Notes under the pieces: generated by a model
Told to the model about the DNA's origin: nothing
What the model saw: the letters and a program-made list of their open reading frames with translations, nothing else
Databases searched by the model: none
Assembly (NCBI GenBank): GCA_051453625.1
Contig: JBOZIK010000001.1
Location: 32,945,172-33,000,667, forward strand
From: Welwitschia mirabilis
Taxonomy: Eukaryota
Length of the DNA stretch: 55,496 nucleotides
Direction of reading: 5' to 3'
Translations under genes and position numbers: made by a program
Part shown: positions 1 to 13,078 of the stretch, piece after piece
How the letters are laid out: each line of letters opens with the position of its first letter
How positions within the stretch are numbered: position 1 is the first letter of the stretch

Positions 1-3000
1 TAGGCCAATAAAAACTAGAGTGAAGAATTTTCATTATAGTCTTTTATTCACTAAAGTGTTCCCCATATACTCCATCATGGTAAAGTTTTAGAATTTATAA
101 GATCTCCCACTCAGGCACACACTTACGTATGATTTGGGCTTTACATCTTCTATAAAGATGGGTTTTATTTCACTCATAATCACCAATCCTATGGAGAAAA
201 CATTTATGTTGGTTATGAATCTAGTGCTGAGGTGTTTTCTTAATAATAAGATAGTTTAAGATATCAACATACCAAAGNNNNNNNNNNNNNNNNNNNNNNN
301 NNNNNNNNNNNNNNNNNNNNNNNNNNNNNNNNNNNNNNNNNNNNNNNNNNNNNNNNNNNNNNNNNNNNNNNNNNNNNAAAACATTTATGTTGGTTATGAA
401 TCTAGTGCTGAGGTGTTTTCTTAATAATAAGATAGTTTAAGATATTAACATACCAAAGAGTGGGATGAGTAGAAGAAATGGCATAAGATCAATTACAAAA
501 AGTTGTTCATCTATAAAAGATTCATTTATGGGAAGTTCATCATGAGAACAAGAAAGTCGAGATAGATGACTAGTAATACTATTATGTTTTCTAGCTTTAT
601 CGATGATGGTGAGATTAAATTCTTACATGAGAAGAATCCACCTAATAATCTGGCATTAGAATCTTTCTTAGTCATAAGATAGCATATAGTATCATGATTA
701 GTGTAAACATGGATGTGAAAACCAAGAAGATAATATTAAATATGATTAAGACAAAAGATGATGGCATGCATTTCTCTCTTAGTAGTAGTATCATTAGATT
801 GGGCTCGGGATAAAGTTTTACTAAGATAAGATATGATTTTAAAATTATTTTTATATTTTTGACCAAGAACCCCACCCATAGTAATGTTGCTTTCATTACA
901 CATGATTTCAAAATCTTTATTCCAATCAAGACCTGAGACAATAGGTTTAGAAGAAATGTTTTCCTTAAGAGTTTCAAATGCAAGTTAACATGAATTATTC
1001 CAATTAAATTTAGCATCTTTTTCAAGTAAGGAGTAAAGTGGTTTACAAATTTTAACATAATCATAAATAAAATGATGATAGAAATTAGCATGAAAAGGAA
1101 TGATCTAATTTGTTTGACATTAGTTGGAGGGTTAAGGTTTTTAATGATGTCAAATTTTATAGGATCCATCTTAATCCCTTACTTTGAAATGTGATGTTTT
1201 AAAATAATTCCATGGTTAATAAGGAGAAAACTCTTTTCCTAACTCAAATTTAAACCACTCTTTATACAGCAATCCAAAAATGATTTATTCAAAGGTATCA
1301 CTAAATATGGAGAAGTCATCCATAAAGATTTCAATAGAGTTATCTATCATGTAAGAAAATATCCCCATCATGGCTTGTTGGAAAGTTCTAGGAACATTGC
1401 AAAATCTAAAGAACATTTGTTTAAAGGCAAAGGTTCTAAAGAATAAGGTAAAGATTATTTTATCTTGGTTCTTATTTGTTATACAAATTTGATTATAATT
1501 ACTATACTCATCAAGAAAATAGTAGTAGACATCACCTTGGATTCTACCAAGTACTTGATTAAGAAAGGGTAAAAGGCAATGATACTTTTTAGTGATCTCA
1601 TTAAGTTTCCTAAAATCAATTCACATTATCCATTTTCCCTCCTTCTTTGAAACTATTGCCAAAGGACTAATTCACTCATTATCAGATANNNNNNNNNNNN
1701 NNNNNNNNNNNNNNNNNNNNNNNNNNNNNNNNNNNNNNNNNNNNNNNNNNNNNNNNNNNNNNNNNNNNNNNNNNNNNNNNNNNNNNNNCCTCCTTCTTTG
1801 AAACTATTGCCAAAGGACTAATTCACTCATTATCAGATATAGCATATATGATCCAAGCATTTTTAGATTTAATGATTTCATTATTAACTATTTGCTTAAG
1901 GGCTAAGTTAAGCCTTCTTTAAGATTTCCTAATAGGTTTAACATTATCTTCAAGGTAAATCTTGTGTTAAACTATGAAAAGAGGAATGGAAGCTAAGACT
2001 TTATTACTCCAAGAAAAGTCTTCTTCTTTAGAGGTTAAGAGTGTGACCAATATGGATTCTTATTGAGGAATCATAAGTTACTAGTTATTAGGGGTTTTAT
2101 TTGATTATTGAATTAAAAAACATATTTTAAACCTTGGGTTAGTTTTTTGAATTCTAAGTTGAGGTTTTCAGTTGTTGTTCCATCTATTGTAGGAATGACA
2201 GATGTGGGATGACACTCTATAAAAAGTTTTTCTATCGAGTGAATATGTTAAGTTTCTCTCTAGTTAATGTATTCTTCATCCTTAGACTCAAGACAATGTG
2301 TTTTAGTTGGATTATTATATAGAATTGGCTCATCTAGCATGATTAATATCTCCTTAGTTGGTCAATGTTGTAAAAATAAGGTTGGTTTCAGTTCTTCATC
2401 TAAGNNNNNNNNNNNNNNNNNNNNNNNNNNNNNNNNNNNNNNNNNNNNNNNNGTAAACTTGTTATTACCAAAATAACATCCCATCATCCTCGTCCATGTG
2501 TCAATGATACAATATGAAGTTTCATAAAAGACTTTTCCTAAGATAAGTGGATAACCTCCATCATGTTCTACCTTAATGATGACAACATCTATGGGGTAAA
2601 AGGCTTTCTCAATTTGGTTGACTAGGCCCTTGATAATACCTAATGGTTTCTTAATTAAAGTGTTAGCCAATTCTAAGATGATTCATGTANNNNNNNNNNN
2701 NNNNNNNNNNNNNNNNNNNNNNNNNNNNNNNNNNNNNNNNNNNNNNNNNNNNNNNNNNNNNNNNNNNNNNNNNNNNNNNNNNNNNNNNNNNNNNNNNNNN
2801 NNNNNNNNNNNNNNNNNNNNNNNNNNNNNNNNNNNNNNNNNNNNNNNNNNNNNNNNNNNNNNNNNNNNNNNNNNNNNNNNNNNNNNNNNNNNNNNNNNNN
2901 NNNNNNNNNNNNNNNNNNNNNNNNNNNNNNNNNNNNNNNNNNNNNNNNNNNNNNNNNNNNNNNNNNNNNNNNNNNNNNNNNNNNNNNNNNNNNNNNNNNN

Positions 3001-6000
3001 NNNNNNNNNNNNNNNNNNNNNNNNNNNNNNNNNNNNNNNNNNNNNNNNNNNNNNNNNNNNNNNNNNNNNNNNNNNNNNNNNNNNNNNNNNNNNNNNNNNN
3101 NNNNNNNNNNNNNNNNNNNNNNNNNNNNNNNNNNNNNNNNNNNNNNNNNNNNNNNNNNNNNNNNNNNNNNNNNNNNNNNNNNNNNNNNNNNNNNNNNNNN
3201 NNNNNNNNNNNNNNNNNNNNNNNNNNNNNNNNNNNNNNNNNNNNNNNNNNNNNNNNNNNNNNNNNNNNNNNNNNNNNNNNNNNNNNNNNNNNNNNNNNNN
3301 NNNNNNNNNNNNNNNNNNNNNNNNNNNNNNNNNNNNNNNNNNCTAATGGTTTCTTAATTAAAGTGTTAGCCAATTCTAAGATGATTCATGTAGATTCTAG
3401 TCTATTTTCCAATCCAAGTATCTTATATATGTGAAAAGGCATGATGTTTACACTATCTTCTATGTTAACTAAAGCTTTTTAAATTCTATTGTTTCCTTCT
3501 AAGATGACATTCATAGTTGCATCTCCAGCATGTTTGAATTTAAAACACTTTTTAATGACTAAGTTGAAAATAGATGGAGCAAGATAAATTTGGCTAGGAA
3601 TAGTACATTTTTGTTTTCTCGTCACTGGGTCCTTCCACAACTTAGAATATTTAGGATTTTCTTGAAATACTTTCCAAAAAGACGAGTTGATGTTTACCTC
3701 TTGCATTAAGGTTTTCAAATGTTCATTAAAGGTAGGATTTGTATTTAGTCGATTAAGCCAAGGAGTATATGGCTTCTTCCCTTTGTTTTCTTGTGAAGAA
3801 TTTTTAGTAGAGGTTTTAATATGNNNNNNNNNNNNNNNNNNNNNNNNNNNNNNNNNNNNNNNNNNNNNNNNNNNNNNNNNNNNNNNNNNNNNNNNNNNNN
3901 NNNNNNNNNNNNNNNNNNNNNNNNNNNNNNNNNNNNNNNNNNNNNNNNNNNNNNNNNNNNNNNNNNNNNNNNNNNNNNNNNNNNNNNNNNNNNNNNNNNN
4001 NNNNNNNNNNNNNNNNNNNNNNNNNNNNNNNNNNNNNNNNNNNNNNNNNNNNNNNNNNNNNNNNNNNNNNNNNNNNNNNNNNNNNNNNNNNNNNNNNNNN
4101 NNNNNNNNNNNNNNNNNNNNNNNNNNNNNNNNNNNNNNNNNNNNNNNNNNNNNNNNNNNNNNNNNNNNNNNNNNNNNNNNNNNNNNNNNNNNNNNNNNNN
4201 NNNNNNNNNNNNNNNNNNNNNNNNNNNNNNNNNNNNNNNNNNNNNNNNNNNNNNNNNNNNNNNNNNNNNNNNNNNNNNNNNNNNNNNNNNNNNNNNNNNN
4301 NNNNNNNNNNNNNNNNNNNNNNNNNNNNNNNNNNNNNNNNNNNNNNNNNNNNNNNNNNNNNNNNNNNNNNNNNNNNNNNNNNNNNNNNNNNNNNNNNNNN
4401 NNNNNNNNNNNNNNNNNNNNNNNNNNNNNNNNNNNNNNNNNNNNNNNNNNNNNNNNNNNNNNNNNNNNNNNNNNNNNNNNNNNNNNNNNNNNNNNNNNNN
4501 NNNNNNNNNNNNNNNNNNNNNNNNNNNNNNNNNNNNNNNNNNNNNNNCATTGTTACTATTAGTCTTTTCTTGCACTTTTGTCATATCTTCTTTGGATTCT
4601 CTAAGTGGATCATTATGATTTTATTGAAAACTAGGTTGAAAGTTAGAATTTTAAAATCTATTTCCAAAAGGTTTCCATTGAGATTATCCACCTAATCTTT
4701 GTTGAAATTATGGTTAGCTTTTAAAGTTAAGTGTTTTTTGGTTGAAAGCACGAACCTCCTCAAACATCATCTCCTTATAAGTTGGTAACAAAGGATACTC
4801 TTTAGTAGAATGAGAGTTGTCTTCACAAATTTCACAAGTTGAAGTTGAGTTTTCATCCTTTACTACTTTTGTATAAACTATCATTTATGTATACTTCTCT
4901 AAAGTGGTAATAAAACCTTTAATCAAGTTAATTGAGTCACCTCTCTATTCTTCCTTGTCATGTTTAATATCCTTTANNNNNNNNNNNNNNNNNNNNNNNN
5001 NNNNNNNNNNNGGATTTAGGCCAAGTTTAACTTGTTTTTACTAGGTTTTCCAACATGTTTCATGTTTTTTTTTAAGACTACATTCAATAAGTTACCTCCA
5101 TAAAAAAAATCTACAAGTTGTTTAGTTTGGTAACTTAATCCATTGTAGAAATAATCAACTAATTCGTTCTTACGGAATTCATCAATAAGGTTGGAATGGC
5201 TAGCTATAATAAAATGTTCATAAGCCGTGGCATAATCCTTATGAGGTTATTATTGAAAGTGGAGTACTTCTGTTCTTCTCTTTCTCATGGAACTTTCATT
5301 CAAAATTGTTTGATAAAAGCTTCTTGTACTTGACTCCATGACTTAAGACTCTTATGTGGGATAATTTTAAGCTAAATTTTTGCCCTTCCTCTAAGTGTGA
5401 TTGGAAAAATAATTATGTAGATATGATCACTAATGAATTTCTTCTTATTCCCTGAGATAAGCACAAGTTATTTAATATCGGATAAATATTGGAAAGGATC
5501 CTTCTCAGGTTTCCCTGAAAAGATTAGATATGCACTGAAATTTCTTAATTCTACATCATTACTAGGGGGTAAATCAAAGGAATTTTGGATTTCACATTTT
5601 TTATTAGCAATTAGTTCTCTAAGAATAACATTTACAGTCATAGTATAAGTTTCTATTATAATTAGAGTACTAGATAAAATAACTTTCTTTTATTTTTGCA
5701 ATGATTTCAACATATCCAAAGAAGAAATAACTGATCTAATTCTATGCTATAATTCTCTTTTACAAAATCTAATTCTAAAATAATAAAAGTAGAAAAAAAT
5801 TCTTCTTTAATTCTTGAAATTTACATACTTAGGGTGTTATACTTGGATTTTGCTCATGGTAAAATAATCCTTCTCTAATTTTTTTGTCAATTAGATTCCA
5901 CTCTCTCTAATATTTTGTCTTTCTACCAGAATTCACCATGTTTCTGCATGCTCAGATAACAACAAAAGACTGAAAAAAAAATAATAGACTATAATCCACC

Positions 6001-6374
6001 TGGTCTTGGAAATGACAGTGGGGGCAATGATTATAGTAATAAAAAACTGAACTCAGAAAAATATTGCAGAAAATAAAAAAGAAACTATTGTTCAAACTAT
6101 CGTGAGGATGATAGAGAACTTGATAGTATTTTTATTACTAATCTATAAATAGAACAAAACTTTTTGAAAAAAGAAAATAATTTTCAAAATTTAGAACTAT
6201 CATTCCTAGTGTAATTGGGATGATAGAGATCCTAAAAACCATGAAAAATGAAAACTACTAAAACAAACCTATTGAAGCTATGCTAAAAATACAGCATTAT
6301 TTCAAATAAATAACTTAAACAGAAATTCAAGGTACTTATTTGGATAGTGATAATCCTCCATCTCCTTATGGCCT

Positions 6375-6392
6375 TTCCCGATAATGGTTCTA
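6375..6392 (-). promoter_or_regulatory. Degenerate Athila-type primer-binding site
   Basis: Plus-strand ttcccgataatggttcta aligns to tccccggcaacggcgcca, the reverse complement of the Athila-type PBS TGGCGCCGTTGCCGGGGA, almost entirely through C>T/G>A changes. It lies between gag and LTR-like sequence. Confidence 0.65.
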
Positions 6393-7052
6393 AAATGTTA
6401 TGGTGTGAATTTATGCAATCTTTTAAGTCCTTTAGGTAAATCTGTAAATCACAATACTTGTAAAACACACATACTAGTATAGACAGGAGTTAACCCAAAT
6501 GTCATAATCCCAACGAACCTACTAGGCTTAGAGTTAAAAAATTGATTTCCGAAAGTATTTTTAATCTTTTATCTTTAAATAAATGAAAGTGAACAATAAT
6601 GCAAAATGCAATACAGGACAAAGGATAAAATGTAATGGAATGAAGTGTAATGGGATGAGTTTTATTTGGACTCTTAGTTCTCCTATTATAATAACTAGCT
6701 CTTTATAATTTAAGTTAATTAAGAAGAGTTCCTTACTTATTTCTAACTAACAAGAAATATAAGATCTGCCAAATAGAATAGAAAAATCCAATATGAAATT
6801 GAAATGAAATAGTAATGCAAATCTGAACTAACCAAATTTAACCTTAATAAAGGTTGTCCTTATGATTTAAATAAATTATATAACTATCACTAAACTATAA
6901 TCAACTTAAACCATAAGGGACATAAACACAATTTTAGTACAAAGAGTATTTGAAGTGATCATAGAACTTTTACATCTACTTATAACAAAGTATCAGCTCC
7001 TCAATGGAGGATACTCAACCTAACACTAAGGATAACTTCTCTTTGTAGCTAT

Positions 7053-8659
7053 TGTTAGATTATTTTTTGTTAATTGATGTTAAACTAATATTTTATAAAT
7101 AGCAAATTTTGTGTATCTTGTAAAGAAGATGTTAATTGCTTGCAGGTTTAAAAATGAAACCAAAACCATTAAATTCTGAGTACTAGAAACCAGTCAGTTC
7201 ATTTACCCTCTTCAAAGGTCGACTAATCTTTCAAGGGGTTGACCATACCTAAAGAAAATAGACAAAATGAACTAAATCTAGAGCAGTTAACTGAATTCCT
7301 AATGGGGTCGACTGAATCTATAACCTTGAGAACCAGTATTCTTGAACCGAATAATAAGGGGTCAACTAGACATTTATGAGGCCAACCAAATTTGAGAACC
7401 TGATAAATAATATCCCTAGACTAAATGATAAGGAGTCTGGACCTATAATGGGGTCGACCAGATCTGTGAACCAAGGAATAATACTCTTGAACCAACTGAC
7501 AAGGGATCGACCAAACCTATGATGGAGTCGACCGAACCTGAGAACTATGTAGCTGATACTCTTAAGCCAATCATTATGAGGTCGACTAGACACCTGAAGG
7601 GTTCTACTGGACCTGATGCTAGAAATTAGAAAGATCTTTATCAGACATGTGGGTGATCGGATTTTATAGCAAGCAACCGGACTAGGATCAAACAGACCCA
7701 GATGAGGTTGACTGGACATGAAGCCATAAGAAATTGGGGTGATTGAAATTTTATCTCAGGTGACTTGTGTAAGTCACGAAACTAGATGGGGTTGACCAGA
7801 CTTTTGAGGGATCAACTAGATGAAATTGAATTAAAATTTTCTATCTGTTTTGTATCTGTTATGTATCTATTAAATAGTTGTTTTTTAGCCATTTATAGCC
7901 ATTAAAAGTGCATTTCAAATGTAATAAGCCCTAAAAGTATTTCAATATAAATAGCCAAAAGATAGATGATTATAGAATCTTTTAGAACCATTTTCAAATG
8001 TGCTAATCTTTTTGGATTAAAGGAACTAGCACTGTAATCTTATGATATTTACTATTGAAGTCTTTACATTTGTACTTCTAACCAAGGAAGATCTATTATC
8101 TGTATCATCTCAACATTCAAGGTTAGATCTAGTGCTTCATCTGATATACATCTACAGGAGAAGAGCTCCATCAAATCTACTATATCAATAATGAGTGATA
8201 TTCGTGCATATTGACATCATTGCATTACTATTGTACATTGTGAAAGATTAAGACTAAGCCTTGAAAAGTCTATTCAAAGGTTGAGACTAAGCTTAGAAAA
8301 GTCTACTCAAAGGTTGAGACTAATCCTAGAAGAGTCTATTTTTAAAGATTATAGATGAACTTGGAATATCTAGTGGAGTAACAAAGATCTAGATCAAGCT
8401 TGGTGATAATCTAATCGTCAAGATTAGAATAGGGGGTTTTCTGAACTACTAAAAATCCTACATGCATCTATTTGATATTTTGTGCTTTTAGTTATTTCAT
8501 TTCTCTAATTTTGTTAGTTTTTCTTTTCACACATATTTTAGATTAGTAAATTATTTTATACAAGTTTTTGATGCATCTTTGATTTGTTTAGAATACTCTA
8601 TTGAAATTTTTAAGAACCTATTCACCCTCCCTCCTCCTCTAGGGTTCTCGATCCTATTA
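7053..8659 (+). mobile_element. Solo LTR of a Sirevirus (SIRE/Maximus)-like Ty1/copia element
   Basis: Starts TGTTAG (7053) and ends ...CCTATTA (terminal CA>TA, 8659). Identical 5-bp TSD GCTAT at 7048-7052 and 8660-8664. About 12 GGTCGAC-type palindromic motifs in U3, TATAAATA at ~7946, and a C-rich ATTCACCCTCCCTCCTCCTCTAG motif near the 3' end, typical of Sirevirus LTRs. No PBS or internal domain. Confidence 0.85.
8251..8350 (+). repeat. Three tandem copies of a 33-bp unit inside the solo LTR
   Basis: AGACTAAGCCTTGAAAAGTCTATTCAAAGGTTG-like units start at 8251, 8284 and 8317. Confidence 0.9.
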
Positions 8660-9295
8660 GCTATTAGATGGATCTCTTATCCTTCACTCTTCCATTATAA
8701 GAGCATCAGGCATAAAAGATAGAAACAGAAGTAAAGAAAAGGGAAAGTGTTCATAGTTTTACATTGAAATTCTAGAATCTTAACCCTAGAAGTCAGAGAA
8801 GAAACCCTGACATCCAAAATGGGTTGCATGATCCCATTACAAAGATAATTCTTTTCCATCATAGAAAATAGCTATCATCCTCACTTTCATGAGGACAACA
8901 GAGGGGACGTCACTCTATGTCAAAAGGTGCTCCGTTAGCTTTAGGCGCTACTATCAACCTTGCAGCTTCTGTCCAAGTCAGTAGTATTGTCGTCCTCCCT
9001 GTCATGAGGATGATAGGCTTTTTCATCTTTAATCTTAAAGATATATCAGTCTTCTACACAGTACATTCTTCTTCCAAAGTATAAAGTGTCAGAATAAGCC
9101 TAAGAAACATGAAAATATGCTAAGAATCGCATATTTTAATGATCATCCTGTCTATCTTTCATAATCATTAGTATTGCATCCAAACCTATATAAAGTCCTG
9201 CAAAAGCACTTAAAATAAATCATCAAATTCCTACAAATTGGCATTGCAACATACTGCTAGATTAATGTTATGGTATAAATAACTTACACAAATCA

Positions 9296-12200
9296 GTGAT
9301 CTCGATTTGAAGAAGTTAATGTAGAGAAAACTTCTTCCGAGGTTATAAAGGACAGAATATGATTTCTAAGCATTGTCTTTATGATAAGCAATGTAGGATA
9401 AATTTTTCAAAAAGTTTAGTTAGAAGCAGAGATATTTTGAATTTAATTAATAATAGTATCTATGGTTCATCTTCTCAAGCTTCATTAGGTAGTGCACTAT
9501 ACTTCATTACCTTCATCGATAACAAATCAAGAAAGGTATGGGTCTTTTCTCTTAGAGCAAAGTATAAAGCTTTTCATAAGTTTAAAGAATTCAAGGCCTA
9601 GATAGAGAAAAGTACAAGGAAGAATATTAAGTATCTTCAGACTAATCATGATAGAGAATACATCTAAAAGAAGTTTGAGGCCTATTGCAAACCAAAGGGT
9701 ATCAAAAGATATCTCACAGTTCTGGGTACTCCAGAACAAAATGGCATTGCAAAAAGGATGAATCATACACTCTTGAAACATGCTAAAAGCATGACAAGAT
9801 TTACCCACGTGGAGGAATATTTCTAGAAGGAAGTTGTAAGCATAGCATATTACTTGGTGAATAGGACATCATCACTTGTTATTAATGGTAAGACTCTAGA
9901 GGAGACATGGTATGGTGTATTAATAATTTTTGAACATCTTAGAATCTTTAGTTATCTAGCATATATTTATGTTTTAGATGTTTAAAGGAGTAAACTAGAT
10001 CCAAAATCTAAGAAGTACATCTTTCTTGAATATGCAGAAGGAACCAAAGGATTTAGACATTGGAATCCTGCTATAAGGAAGATTCTATTTAGCAAAGATG
10101 TTATCTTCCATGAATCAGTTATGTTAAAAGAAGAAAACAAGATGAAGTTAAAATCGAACATTCTAAAAAAAAGTTTCTGACAAAGATGACTTCGACAAAG
10201 ATAAACAATAGAATGCTATAGATGAATAGGTTTAGGTGGAGTNNNNNNNNNNNNNNNNNNNNNNNNNNNNNNNNNNNNNNNNNNNNNNNNNNNNNNNNNN
10301 NNNNNNNNNNNNNNNNNNNNNNNNNNNNNNNNNNNNNNNNNNNNNNNNNNNNNNNNNNNNNNNNNNNNNNNNNNNNNNNNNNNNNNNNNNNNNNNNNNNN
10401 NNNNNNNNNNNNNNNNNNNNNNNNNNNNNNNNNNNNNNNNNNNNNNNNNNNNNNNNNNNNNNNNNNNNNNNNNNNNNNNNNNNNNNNNNNNNNNNNNNNN
10501 NNNNNNNNNNNNNNNNNNNNNNNNNNNNNNNNNNNNNNNNNNNNNNNNNNNNNNNNNNNNNNNNNNNNNNNNNNNNNNNNNNNNNNNNNNNNNNNNNNNN
10601 NNNNNNNNNNNNNNNNNNNNNNNNNNNNNNNNNNNNNNNNNNNNNNNNNNNNNNNNNNNNNNNNNNNNNNNNNNNNNNNNNNNNNNNNNNNNNNNNNNNN
10701 NNNNNNNNNNNNNNNNNNNNNNNNNNNNNNNNNNNNNNNNNNNNNNNNNNNNNNNNNNNNNNNNNNNNNNNNNNNNNNNNNNNNNNNNNNNNNNNNNNNN
10801 NNNNNNNNNNNNNNNNNNNNNNNNNNNNNNNNNNNNNNNNNNNNNNNNNNNNNNNNNNNNNNNNNNNNNNNNNNNNNNNNNNNNNNNNNATGCATTTTTA
10901 TCACTGGTTACTAAAGTGCATGAGCTTATCACTCATTAGAAAGCCCGAAAATCAGCTCATAAGTATAAGTGGTATGTAACATTGGAAAAATAAATGCATT
11001 ATTTATTAAATACCTAGACTTGGGAGTTGGTAGAACGACCAAAAGGGAGGAAGGTTATAGATTGCAGATGGCTTTTCAAGGTAAAATGTGCTACATCTAG
11101 GGTGATTGATCAATTTAAAGTAAGGCTATCTGTAGAAAGGATATCTTCAAAAGTGAGGAGTAGATTTCTTTAATGTGCTTGCTCTAGTGGCAAATTTAGC
11201 ATCAATTCACATGATTCTAGATTTAGCTACATTAGAGGATTTTGAGTTAAAATAGATAAATGTCAGAACTACATTCTTATAAGATGAACTTAAAGAAGAA
11301 ATATATGTGAAGCAATCAAAAGGATTTATGGTAAAAGAAAAGAACCATCATCTCTATATGCTCAAGAAGTCATTGTATGGATTGAAGTAAAGTCCTAGAC
11401 AATGGTACAAAAGGTTTGACTCCTTCAGTGTAAAACTATTTTTCAAATAAGTTTTAAAGTTCCCTATGTATATAGCCAAAATGTGAAGATGACGGTTTCA
11501 TTAGTTTGGTCCTATACGTGGATGGCATGCTTGTTACAAGAAAGAATAAGTACAAAGTTAGAAAGCTGAAGGAACTTTTATCATTTGAGTTTGACATGAA
11601 GGACTTAGGAGCTGCTAAGTAGATTCTTAGCATGGACATTATTCAAGACAAAAATAATGGAAAGCTATGGCTATCTCAAGAATAATACATCCAAAAGATT
11701 CTTGATAGGTTTAGGATATAAGATGCAAAGCCTGTAAGTACTTCCATTGATATGCATTTTAGATTAACATCTCATTTATCTCCAAATACTAATAAAGAGA
11801 AGGAGTACATAACTAGAGTACCCTAATTTAGTGTGGTTGGTAGTTTAATGTACACAATGATGAGGACAAAACCAAATATTACACATGCTATGGATCTTGT
11901 TAGTTGGTTTGTGAAGAACCTTAGTAAGAAGCATTGGGAAATAATGAAGTGGATTCTTAGGTATTTGAAGAGAACTTCATCTGCTACAGTAAGGATAAGA
12001 TGACTATTATAGGTTATTATGATTTAGATTTCACTAGTGATCTGGATAAGAGAAAGTATATAACTGGGTGAGTGTTCACAATGGGGAAAGGATCTATTTC
12101 ATGAAAGTCAAAGCTGTAATTTGAGATGGCTCTTTCAACCATGGAAGCAAAATATTTTGTTGCTTCCAGATCTTGCAAGAAAGGGATTTGGCTAAAGAAT

Positions 12201-13078
12201 CTTGTGGAAGATTTGAGACATTGTCAAGTGAAGACATCACTGTTTAGTGAGAATTAAAGTGCTATATTCCTAGCTCCTAATTCAACATTTCATGATAGGT
12301 TCAAGCACATCTAGGTCAAACACCACTTCATTTGACAATAGATTAAGGAAGGATATGTTGATCTTCGAAAGGTTCATACTTCAAAAAATCCAGTAGACAT
12401 GTTGATGAAGCTACTACAATTGGAGAAGTTCAAATAGTGTCTGGACTTCCTTCAACTTAGTCACAAGTAGCTGAGTAGATAAGGATCGAGGATTGGATGG
12501 TGGAGATGTAAAGGGAATTTTATCTTAAGGTTAAGATTGTTGAGTTATGAGCCAAAACTAGGTCTTTGGTCCTCTTCTTTATATAACCCTTTTATTGTGT
12601 AACTCCCTTGTCATTTAAAAGATATTATAAAAGGATATGGGTCCTTTGTTATTTGTAACCCATTTATATTATAAGCTCCTTGTTGTTGAAATAATAAGGG
12701 ATCATTTAGAAAATTCTAAATGTTAGGTAAGGGTTATTGACCTAAAGGAAAACCTATATAAGGGAGTAAAGGCATTGTTATAAGACATTACAACATAGTA
12801 ACTTAATTATTGTGGCTTTAGTTGTGAGATTCATGGTTGAGAAGAGAGTATAACAAGAAGTTAGAGTTTGTTACTACTACATAATAGAGCATTATTGTAA
12901 TCTCCTCATTTTTGGATCTTTCTTCAGCAATAGAAAGCTGAATCCCCTTTCTCATGAATGTTGGCATATTGCCAAACCATGTTAAATTCTAGTGTGCATT
13001 GTTTTTCTTATTTTCCTTGTTGTAAGTTATTTATCTTTCTCATACTTTAATGATTCTTTGCTTCCATTCTTTACAACA
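9296..13078 (+). mobile_element. 3' half of a degenerate Ty1/copia element (Tnt1/Tork-like): integrase, RT, RNase H, PPT, 3' LTR
   Basis: GAG-pre-integrase and integrase motifs (KHCLYDKQ, YFITFIDNKSRKVWV, TPEQNGIAKRMNHTL, KLDPKSKKYIFL) 9300-10100. RT motifs (LKKSLYGLK*SPRQWYKRFD; LYVDGML at ~11512; FDMKDLGAAK) 11000-11980. RNase H to ~12470. The INT-RT-RH order is the copia arrangement. Multiple stops. Confidence 0.92.
12538..13078 (+). repeat. 3' LTR of the copia element (541 bp)
   Basis: TGTTG...CAACA inverted termini. Preceded by a degenerate PPT AAGGTTAAGAT (cf. AAGGTGGAGAT). Internal CCTATATAAGG TATA box at ~12753. Confidence 0.85.

Larger units (their letters stand above)
1..9295 (-). 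mobile_element. Degenerate Ty3/gypsy LTR retrotransposon, Athila-like (5' LTR, PBS, gag, protease, RT, RNase H, start of integrase); 3' end lies left of the window
   Basis: Minus-strand domain remnants in gypsy order. Gag ~5000-5650 (IFPITLRGRAK..SWSQVQEAF). Protease ~3400-3520 (ALVNIEDSVNIMP, cf. ALxDLGASVNLMP) and 2400-2690 (KKPLGII..YPIDVVII..YPLILG). RT ~1150-1950. RT/RH linker PPTNVKQIRSFL ~1100-1140. RNase H ~600-950. Integrase N-terminus <500. Many stops and frameshifts. Confidence 0.9.
6396..9295 (-). repeat. 5' LTR of the Athila-like element (~1.3 kb after removing the nested solo LTR)
   Basis: On the minus strand it begins TGATTTGTGT at 9295, exactly where copia coding sequence resumes. 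It contains a GTGCTTTTGCAGG motif (~9197-9209) and ends next to the PBS. The inner boundary is uncertain by a few bases. Confidence 0.6.

Noticed and set aside
7366..7719. 117-aa minus-strand ORF
   Set aside because: It lies within the palindromic repeat region of the solo LTR and has no protein-like features.
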